Shown here: piece after piece, positions 46,791-57,500 of the stretch | How the letters are laid out: each line of letters opens with the position of its first letter | Position numbering within the stretch: position 1 is the first letter of the stretch | NCBI GenBank assembly: GCA_949358305.1 | Contig: OX442314.1 | Span: 16,120,001 to 16,184,000, forward strand | DNA length: 64,000 bases | Direction of reading: 5' to 3' | Origin: Strigamia acuminata | Lineage: Eukaryota | The notes under the pieces: generated by a model | Database searches by the model: none | What the model was told of the DNA's origin: nothing | What the model saw: only the letters and a program-made list of their open reading frames with translations | Translations under genes and position numbers: made by a program

Positions 46791-48447
46791 ATGGAAGAGC
46801 ATATAAATGTTTACAAACGATTCGTGCGCCCCATTCTTCGCGTATTATTTGTGACGGCCAATAATATTTACTGTATCCCCACGTACCTGGTGTGGCTAAT
46901 AATTCTGCTGCCACTGCTGGTGTTCGACCCCAACTTATTTTGGAAAGTAGAGGGAAAACTATTCAAATGGTTACTTGCCATGGTTGCAGCATGGGTTTGG
47001 ACGGCGGGCTATATAAGTAAGTTTATAATGACAAAAAGTGTTTTCTTTGATTACAACTAAAACGTTTAATTTGTTTGTTTCAGTCGAGGAGGTTGGCGAA
47101 GATATTTCTTCGTGTTACAATCAAGAATGCTTGATATTAGTGAATCATCAATCAACTGGTGATGTGCCAGTACTCATGTATTGCTTCCAAAACAAAGGGA
47201 ATATCGTCTCCGATATGATGTGGCTAATGGAGCGGTTCTTCAAGTATACCAATTTTGGTATTGTCGCTTACTGCCATGGAGACTTTTTCATTAAATCGGT
47301 GAGATGTGGTGGAGAAATTAAATTCTTTACAGTATCATTACAATTATTTGATTGTTTTTAGGGTAAAGACGTAAGACAAACTGAATTGGACAAATTACAG
47401 CGGCATCTTCTTCAAGTTTACAGTCGAAGAAGGCGGAAATGGTTGGTGTTATTTCCCGAAGGAGGTTTTTTGCGAAAGCGCAAAGCAACGAGTCAGAAGT
47501 ACGTTATTTAAAGTCGCGAAATAAATTTGGATTAAAAATGTGAAATTTTCGTTGAATTTAGATATGCCAGGGCAAATAATTTGCCAGATCTCGAAAATGT
47601 TTCCCTGCCTCGGTTGGGAGCGATGCATACCATTATCACGACGTTGAATCCTATCATTACGCATGCCCAGAGCAATCATTCACATGATAATAGCCATCAT
47701 ATAGGGAATAATGGGAATCAAGCCACACTTAATAATCACACGCATGCTACAGTTGGTGAGTGAATCGAAGAAACTCGCGTAAATTATCACAAAATCAAAT
47801 TGAGTCTTTAAAAATCCTTGAAGTTTACACAGAGGTCATCCATTATCACTGTTGCACTTAGTTTGTGGACCCGAAACGGATGATGACCTTAAATAATTCG
47901 GTGCAATTTGATCTAGTGATTGAAATACTAATACAACATTTGAGATGATAAGTTTTTGAATTAATATTGTTTTGTTTATGTTTCAGAGGAAATGTCTAAA
48001 AAGGGAGAACCGATCAAGTGGATTATTGACATTACAATAGGTTATTCAGACAAAGATCCGCTAGGGTTGCCAACAATATGCACCGGGAAAAGACCACCGT
48101 GTAAAACGGTTTTACATTTTCGCAGATATCCCATCGAGGAAGTAAGTGAATTTGATTTTGCGAGAGATTTGTATTGATTCGATTGTGATTGGTTGCAGCT
48201 ACCAAGAGAATTGAATGCGATGACTAAATGGTTATACGATCGTTGGATAGAAAAGGAACACATGTTAAATGAATATTACGAAACTGGCAAGTTTCCTGAA
48301 GTGCCGTCCCGTCACAGTAAACCGTTATCTTCACCTCGGACGCTAGTTTTGGACAACACGTGGCTTGTGCTGTTGCACGTTTTTTTCATTGCGTCCACTG
48401 CATTTCATTACTACTTAATTACTAGTATTTTGGCGCATGTTTGGTAA
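46791..48447 (+). CDS. LPGAT1: Acyl-CoA:lysophosphatidylglycerol acyltransferase 1
   Basis: Exons 46791-47016, 47084-47298, 47362-47498, 47562-47755, 47987-48141, 48199-48447. Motifs NHQSTGD, KYTNFG, HGDFFI, LFPEGGFLRKR, LPRLGA, DITIGY, WLYDRW.EKE. Probable 5'UTR donor at 45627 and acceptor at 46666. Confidence 0.93.
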
Positions 48448-49132
48448 TTCCAAGAGGACGGGCATGTGAATGTGATCTGTGTTTTGTTTTATTCCATCAC
48501 CGGGATTGAAAGAGCATTTTTTAATTTTTAAATAATGGATTGTGATAGAAGTGGATCGGTAGTCATTGGAAAAGTTGGACAAGGATCGTTATTTATTTAA
48601 TTTAATTAAAGAAAGAAAGAAATCAGGATTATTTAAAGTATTAATTTTTGGAATCGTTTTTAGTTAAGTTAATGTGTAATAATTTTCAAAAGGCCATTGA
48701 TCATTTTGTGATTTAAGTTCCATTTTATACGTTAAGTTCTAATTTCAATAACGTTGAGTTTCTCAATTAAACAGCTATTTGTAAGGATAAAATTGACAAT
48801 TATGCGACTGCAAAATGAATATTCTTCAATTAATGCACCCTAGATCAAGTATATATCATATGATTAGAAACGAATAAAGAAATAAAAGATGAAACGGATA
48901 AACGGTACAATTTTTTCAACAACATTGCCAAAGTTGCGTGAAATACAATTCAATAACACGATTTATCGTAAAGAATTGATTTATTTTTTTAAGATGGGAC
49001 ACGACAGCGTGTATTTGTGCTATCTGCTATAGTCGTTATAAAAAAGTGACATGATGTGCCATCTAGTAGTAAGTATCGCAATCATTACTCAGTTTGATAC
49101 TCCCAACATCGATGCGTGTTGCTTTTTGAGTT

Positions 49133-50128
49133 ATGTCAGCAATTTCCATAAACGAGTCGTGCAAAGTCATTTTGTTGGACATCGAAGGAACCACGACATC
49201 AATTAGTTTTGTCAAAGTAATGCGTTTACCATTGATTTTTGAATTAATGTTTTATATGTGCACGATATTCAAATTTCAGGAAACACTATTTCCATTTGTT
49301 CGTCAACATTTAGTCCAATACATTAATTTGCGGTGGTACGAGTCAGAAGTTCAAAATGATATTGAGGCCTTACGAAAACAGTCGAAAGATGATTTATTGC
49401 GAAATGTGCCCACTGTGCCCATCCCAGCTCAAGGAGATATTAATGAAATTAAAACAGCTGTGCTAGAAAATGTGTTGCTCCAAATGGATTCTGACCGAAA
49501 AACAACGGCTTTAAAACAACTCCAAGGCCATATTTGGAGACACGGCTATTCGGATGGAAAGCTAAGTGGACAGTAAGCTTAATTTTCGTTACAAAACAGG
49601 CTGTGGTAATTATATTTTGCACCTGTTTTGTCTTTTAGCGTGTACGACGATGTGCCACCAGCTTTCACCGAGTGGAATAGAAATGGTAAAAAGATATGCA
49701 TTTATTCTTCTGGAAGTGTTGAAGCGCAAAAGTTATTGTTCGGCTATTCAAAACATGGCAATTTATTAAAGGTAATTTATTCTTTTAAAGTGTAACGCAT
49801 TAAGCAATATTTGTAACAATTTTAGTTTATTTTATACCACTTCGATACGAATACCGGTGCAAAAATAGAAACTGCTAGTTACCAAAATATAGCGAGTAAA
49901 CTGCAATGCGAGCCAGAGGAAATCACATTTCTCACTGACATACCAAGAGGTGAACAATTAAGCTCAAATGTCGTATTTTTTTTATTCTATTTATTTACAG
50001 AAGCTGAAGCCGCTAAGCAAAGTGGTATGACTGCTGTTTTAGTGGAACGAGAAGGAAACATTCCTTTATCATCAAAAGACAGAGAAAATTTCGCAGTTAT
50101 AACATCCTTTACGCAAATTAGTTTGTAA
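49133..50128 (+). CDS. ENOPH1: Enolase-phosphatase E1 (methionine salvage, HAD family)
   Basis: Exons 49133-49216, 49280-49572, 49639-49771, 49826-49949, 50001-50128. Motifs LLDIEGTTTSISFVKETLFP, DRKTTALKQLQGHIW, IYSSGSVEAQKLLFG, FDT..GAK, FLTD. Confidence 0.95.
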
Positions 50129-50179
50129 CTTATTCATATCAAAGTTTGTTAATGCTTTTATTCCATTAAATTGTTTGAA

Positions 50180-51029
50180 TTAAGAGTTTGATTCTTCAGT
50201 CGCCTGAAATAATAAAATGTTAATTAATATTAAATTGAGTGAATTGCAGTTTAAGTTAGGTTGTGTACCTTGTTTCCACCGTGCTCCAAATTAATCGTTA
50301 CAGGCCCATCGTTTTGTATATTTACTTGCATCATTGCTCCAAACTTACCATCTATACGCAGAAATATATTCTTAATAATAATTAAAAATTAAATCAACTA
50401 TCCTAACCTTTAACTAAACCGGGCTGGTAAGCACTTCTCAATTTTTCTAAAAACTCGGCATAAAATATTTTGGATTTGTCCGCCCCCATCGAGAGATGAA
50501 AATCGGGTTTATTTCCTTTAAGCGTGCAATACAGCGTGAACTAAGAAAATATCAATTTAACTTAATGGTTAGTATATTGTTGTGTCTATTTTCACGTGAT
50601 CACTCTCACACATACGTGAAAATAGCCAGTATGTTAAAAGTTTGAATTGAATTTACCTGACTAACGCAGAGAATCTCATAGTGCTTGTCTTTGACACTTA
50701 CTGACCATCTTTTACCATTATCGTTCTCAAATAATTTAAGGTCGAGCAACTTTTTTACCCTACAAAATAAATAAAATAATTGTGTTTAAGGTTTTAATAA
50801 AATTAAATATATAGTTCACATGTAATCTGCATCTTTGCTCGTATCATCGCTGGAAATTCCAACTAAAATACACAATCCTCTGCCTATCGAACTAATTATT
50901 TCATCGTTTACTACAAAAAAATTAATGCAAAAATTAGATGAAAAGGTTTTTAAAAAAAGTATACAATTTTTACTACAGTACGGTACCCGAAACATTTGCT
51001 TTAATGACCCTTTGCACAACAATTCTCAT
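50180..51029 (-). CDS. DTD1: D-aminoacyl-tRNA deacylase 1, ~158 aa
   Basis: Minus-strand exons 51029-50987, 50910-50820, 50759-50657, 50540-50408, 50351-50269, 50203-50180. MRIVVQRV, GLCILVGI, VSQFTL, KGNKPDFH, GKFGAMMQV, NDGPVT (Gly-cisPro motif). Confidence 0.95.
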
Positions 51030-51564
51030 TTTTGTAACACCAGCAAAGCCGAGAGCAAAGCCGAATTTTAAAACGGTTACACAGAGGACGCTACTAAGTT
51101 AAAATATAAAGAAATTTCGAGAAATTTTTCAAAATAAAATTTCAAATATTACATGATGACAGTTATTGAAAAACAAATATCATTTCTTCGTACAAAAGAA
51201 ATTTAAAATAATAAATGTCTAAAAACGGTATGCAAGCCGCTAATAAACATTTAACACGGAGTATCGTCCTATCAACAGCTAAGCTTGCAACCAGATCGGT
51301 CGTGATCGGTCCTTAAAATTTGCTGTTGTAATATGGTGGTTACGTTTGAGATGTGTGGAACGTTTGCACATAAAATTTGAGTAACTTTCTATTCAATTAC
51401 AGCTTTAGATTGGCTTAGCGTTTCGCTAGAAAAATCGAAGTAGTAGGTTTTTGTTAGAAACGAAATCCTTTTAAAATCTAACTTGAAAATTGGATCTGAA
51501 TTTTTTTCTATCAGGAATTCGAAATTCAAAAAATAGTTCGCGTCGTCTGCTTCTGAAATCAACT
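51030..51564. promoter_or_regulatory. Divergent (bidirectional) promoter region DTD1/DIABLO-like
   Basis: Head-to-head start codons 535 nt apart; CTCF-like motif acacagaggacgcta at 51079-51093. Confidence 0.65.
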
Positions 51565-52565
51565 ATGTCAGCGATGTTTTTTCAAAGTGTTAAGCGCTGG
51601 AATGCTTACGTCAGGCCATTTGTGCACGTTTCACGTTTATTTACCCCCAGAACAAACTTTCCTAAGTAATAAATTAGAATGCATTCGATTTTTGTTCGAT
51701 TTAACTTGGATTCGTAAATCCCTTAGCTTGGCGACCCATGCAGGCATAAATATTCGAAATGCCACTTTTATTGCTGGGATCGTCACTGCGAAGCAGAGTT
51801 TGACAAATGAAGAGGATAAATTGACATCCAAACTTAATTTGACCGTAAGTTTGCATTAAGAAAAGAAAAATATAAATGTTAACTTTGTTGATTTTTTGAT
51901 TTTTAGTCAGCTGATCCGGACAGATTAACCTACAGTTTTCTTATTAAGCAAGCTGCCTCTCACACCGTTGATGCTGCCACAACTGTGTTGACCCAAACTG
52001 CAGTGGCCATTTTGGAGAATGAGAAGAAATACAGAGAGGTATTTGAATTGTATTTGAATTTGAATGCAATTTGTAATATTTGTTATTGGATTTATTGAAT
52101 TGATTACAGGAATTAAGAAAACTGATTAAACTGATGGATTATCACAGCGATGCAATTGGGCAAAACGAGTATGATGCATCTCTTTGGGATCAAATTGTCG
52201 CTCTTCGATCTGAATCTGAAACCATCAAGAAGAAGATTAACGTAGTTTTATTTTGTGTTTTTGATGTTTGTTCGTGAATTTATATATTTAGGTGTATATT
52301 ATTTTTATATTAGGAAATGGACATATTTTTGCAGTCTGTTACGCAATTGATGAGTGCAGCTGCAGAAACAGCGTATCATGCAGATTGCGAATACGGCAGC
52401 ATTGCGGCATCCGAACGTTTACAGTCTGTCACTAATGAATTGGATTTCAGCAAAAACAAGACCAAAGATCTCGAAAAGAGATATGTGGAATGTTACAGCA
52501 AAATAATTCGGGAGAGTGGAAATCAGAAAAACGAAGATGAAGTTGTGGAATTCCCTCCGAGTTAG
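51565..52565 (+). CDS. DIABLO: Smac/DIABLO-like mitochondrial protein, ~244 aa
   Basis: Exons 51565-51665, 51727-51844, 51907-52038, 52110-52241, 52314-52565. Basic, acid-free N-terminus (presequence-like), then LTYSFLIKQAASHTVDAATTVLTQT, LWDQIVALR, AAAETAY..SIAA, colinear with human Smac [40 protein letters not shown]..SITA. Confidence 0.8.
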
Positions 52566-54543
52566 AGAAAATGATGATTTTGTTTGTTTTGATTTTGTTA
52601 TTATTATTTTGATTATTTTAAATTTTGTTTGATTTTTTTTTTTTAAAATAAATACCGTACCGATTCCAAATTTTATTCTTTGTTACGCAAATGTTTTTAT
52701 TTTATGTGTACGATGCTGAAGAGTTGTAAATAAAAAATTTCCATCGAATTATTAAGAGAAATTAATTAATATTCTTCGGGTTTTGAGAAGAAGCGGAGAA
52801 AAGAGAGTCGTAGTTAAGAGCTAACTACTTTAGTGATAATCACGGCAACAGATGGCGCTAAAGCACATTAGCGATTCTAGTTTATTTGTATCCTCCCACT
52901 TTTACACGCTAAAATATTAATAAACTTTATTCTTCTATACGATTCAACTTTTTCTATGAATAAATTGAAACCGTAACGTTTAAATAATTTAATTTCAAAC
53001 GAAACAATAAAATGTACTTGGACGAGGTAAAATATTCTCGACGAAAATAAATGTGAACAACGAAAGGCGGAAGAGCCTCCCCGCCTTCAAAATCCATGAT
53101 GGTGGCGTTAGTTATCTACAGTGGGTGAACGGGTAGTATGTGGATGAATTTTCTAGTTATTTCAACACAAAGAACGTAATAAGATCATCGAAAATACAAA
53201 TTAAAGCAGCTGAACAGTGGTAAGTAAAACCATACTTCGACGTTATATTTGGATTTAATTGCAATATGAATCCAATTTAATGAACCCATTGGCAACACCA
53301 AATGAATAGAATATAGAAATATCAATTTTTTTGCTTGGAAACCGTTTTGGTAATACAAATATTTTCAGGCACATAAATAGTACATGGGTAAACAATATTA
53401 GCTCAATGTGTAATTAGCCGCAAATTGGTCGGCCATAATAAGTGATGGTTCAAATTCAAAGTAAATGTACCAAACTGCAAATGATATAAGCCTAACTGGA
53501 CACTAAGTCCCACGAACGACGCGGAAGCATAAGATCTAACTATTGATTAGCAATCTATTGACAATAGAATCAGATGTTTAGAAATACGCTACATCTGTTC
53601 TTGGTCCGATTTAATTATAATGATGATGATAATAATAATAAGAGCAGAAGTAAGTGTTATATTTCGGGTAATGGTTGAAATAGGATTCAGCATTTTGTTA
53701 GAATAGATGAATGTAATTCCTAGTAAAATGGTATTTGTTTCGATTAAGAGGCACATAATAGAGGGAATGGCAAAGAGAAAGCGAAGAAACAGAAACTAAT
53801 AAAGTGGATTTCTAATTTATTGGGAATAAATAAAAGGCAGTATGGATTTGCTGTCGGATGATGACAATTCAATAGTTATTTGTTTGTTTTTTTAAATGTT
53901 GGCTTTTTAAAACATCTAGCTGAATATTTAAGCTATTTATTGTTCTAAATTGACATTTGCTTGCTTGCAATGGTATTGATTTAAAGTGAGCTTAGGAATG
54001 AGAGAAATTATGCATGGAGTCGTGTTAAATTTTTATTTTTTGTTTCTTCAGATTTTTCGTAAATTTATAAATAATTGAATTAATATATACATATTTTTTT
54101 TTTAGAAAAAAAGAGAGTGCATTTTTTAAAAAAAAAGATCGTTGTTAGGCATTTCCGTCAAATACCATAAATGTAAAATGCAATTTACTCCTACCGGTAC
54201 ATTTTTTTTTTTGGGGGGGGGGGGCGACGTTTCGGAAAGAATTCTCAGGTGGGGACAGGAAATGGGAATCTTGTGTTTTTAGTGATTTAAAGTTGATTGT
54301 TTAGTATTTAAGTAAAATCTAAGCCTAAGTTTAAGTTTTTAATTGAAATCAACTGAAATGTGCGTTAATTTCTTACAGACTTGGTCTAAAAATGGCACCA
54401 AAATTTGGTCTGTAAAACTTTTTATTTATTTATTTAATTTTGAGATATTCGTTTTACTAATTTATGTTTTTGTTATTTTTTTTTCCGATGGAAATTTTTA
54501 TTCTCGCGTTAGATTTTGGTGCTATTTATGTGTGGGTGTGATA

Positions 54544-57500
54544 ATGATGGATGTGGATGGTGCAAAAACAACTCAAAGTAACGGTCATTCCAATCACATT
54601 GAGGACAAAGAATCGAATATTGAAGGGCATATCATCGACATGCCGAAATCCAAGAGGAACACGAGGACTGCCACAGCTGCTGCAGCTTCTTCACCTTTAA
54701 CGCCCGAAAAATTGGTATAAATTTGATTATTTCTTCGATAATTTCCATTTTTTTCATACACTTTTTGAAATTTTTCAAACATTTTGCGAGTCTTCTTAAA
54801 AATGTAATGAAAATACTAAAAATTCCTTTAGTTTCAAAAACAATTTTTTTTTCAAATGCAAAGTTCCAAACCAAAAATCTCTCGAATTCAAAATAAACAT
54901 TATTTGAATCGCATGAAATGACGAAAATATATGTTTACCATTTTTTGAATTAGTGTAATGTGGAGCTGAAGATTCATCATGAAATCTTTTTTCCTCTTTC
55001 CCCCTTCCTTTTATTTGCTGTTTGTGAGTAGAGTATTAAATTACTTGGGACATTTATAGACTGAAAAATTAAACGTAATTTCTCAGTCCACCAAGATTGA
55101 TAAAAACAAAAATATTTTTATATATTAGATACTGCTGGTAAGATTAGCTGTTGGCTTGGCTTCCTATTACATTTCGTACATTAAAATTAATTAAATGGGT
55201 TGTTTTGTTTCAGGAGTGTTTAAGCTTATCATTAATACGAAATAAAGATTTCGTTATTATCTTTTATGGTTGACTGATAATTAATTTTTTTTTTTTGTGA
55301 AATAATTTAGGGTAAAAAGCGATCGAGCAGCCCATCTCACCAACAACCTCGCTCGAGTAAGCGACAAAGATTACAGTATCAACCTTTCCAGTCTCCTGGC
55401 CTGGGAAATATCTCCCTTGGAAAGGGTTCTAAAGCTCCCGAAGACAAAGTTGTAATTTTTTATAAAGGAGAGTTTTTGGCACTGCGTAATGAAAATGGTT
55501 TGTAAATTTTTTTTTGTTTTTTAAATATGATAAATAATATTTTTTTTATTTTTTATTATTTAAAAAAAAAATACAGGAAGCTTTTTTGTATGTCAAGCAG
55601 CCCAGAACGTTTATAAAAGTAGCCGAAAATTTAAAATTCGTTGGCTGTCGCGAACAGACAGTAAAGAAGATGATTTGTACACACCAGATTTCTATGATTT
55701 CACTGGTAAAGTTTTAATTGGACGTAGTTTTGTTTTTATTTTAATTTTCTTTACAATCAGACTTCGAATGTGTGCTCACAAATTTGCAAATGGAACGAAG
55801 GGATAAAAATGTGTTCCGTTTACCCAAGTCAGAAACGATACGCACCGAGAACATTTTACGTCGTGCTTTAAATTTGGAGAATGGAATTCACGAACCGGAG
55901 TTGGACCAAGTCGAGCAAGATGGAGGTAGATATCTAAATGAATGTGAAATAGATTTATTTGAAATGTCTTGGCTCGAAATAATTCTTGAAAGTGAAATCA
56001 AGTTTTGCGTTGCGTAAGTTTTATTTTGTTTTATTTTATTTTTAACTGGTCTTGCCGCAGTCGACGTGTCTATGGTTAACGACGGGAGTCCAACACCCAA
56101 ACGGAATCGCATGGAAAACAGCATCAAGCCTGTGAACTCGCCTAAACCCAGTACGTCGTTTGATGGCATTCGTCCAACTAGAAGACAAATTAAACAGAAC
56201 AGCAACAGCAATATCAACAACAATCAATTAAGAGTTCTCCGTTCTGCCACAAGTTAGAGAGATTGCGCCCAGAGTTTGGGATAGCCACTAAAGTTTTAAT
56301 TTATCATTTAGTTACTCCAAAGCGGAAAAAGAAAGCGATTACGTCTAAAGTGAAAATGAAATCTTCCCCCGTACGATTACGACCTCGGATCATCAAAGGT
56401 GAGTAGCGAGAATTATTGGGGATTTTATTTACGCTAAAATTTAAATTTAATTTTTATTTTTCGATGTTTAGAAGAACCGAAAGATTTGACTCCAAAGAAG
56501 GATGCGAAAATAGAGCGACATGGTCGTGGCAAATCATCTCCACAAGAAAAGCTCAAACCAAATAACAGAGTTACTGTGTTAAATAAAGATCCTACTTTTG
56601 AATCAAAGTAAAATATTGTTTAAAAGAATTTTTGCAAAGATGCTAATATATTTATTGAATGATTATTTGCAGTACCAACATTCCTGTGGTTTCTGTGTCT
56701 GCCTACAGTAAACTGCCGATCCGTGCAGTACTTACTCGTGATATGCGTTTGTTGCAGTCTTTAATAGCTGATTCGGCTAACGTGTGCAGCGTTACGATGG
56801 TTCGGAGCGTGGATCAACAACTTGATGCGCTCGTCTATGCCTTAATTCAAGAGAATCACAAAGCCATCCAACTAATTCTTAAAGAGATTTTAAATCCTAC
56901 CAAGAAACGTGTAAAAGTACCTGATTCATTTCTTATCCAGCAAACAACTGGAAAGTGAGTACGAGCGATCAAGAATAAGTTCGAAACTAAAGTTTGCATT
57001 CTTACAGGCTTACAACACAATTTTTGGGTCATCATGTTCGCGATATTACAATCAGTCGAGGCAGCAGGGAAGGGAATAATGCGTTGAATAAAGTAAAGAA
57101 GCTTTTCTGCTACCTTGAGCAATTATTAAATTGACTTATCGCTGTTTATTAGGACGAAAATGTAACGCTCAACGAAGATGATTATATTGGGCACGCTTTG
57201 GAACATGGAATTTCGAAATCCACCTTGGAGACTTACTCCAATTTTTTATGTCAAGATAAAAACCGGACGAGACGATTAGTGAGTGCAATAAAACGAGCGT
57301 AGATTGCTAATTATATTCGGTATGTTGTTTAACTTTTGCAGAAAGATAGCGCAATCACAAATTTCCATAAAGCTGTTCGATATGGGCATCGGAAATTAGC
57401 TGGTCAATTAGTTGAAGATGCATTGAAATTGGACGGTTTTGGATTCAACAGCTTACATAAAGAAGTATGAAATTTGGAATCACCTCGAAATTGTTAACTC

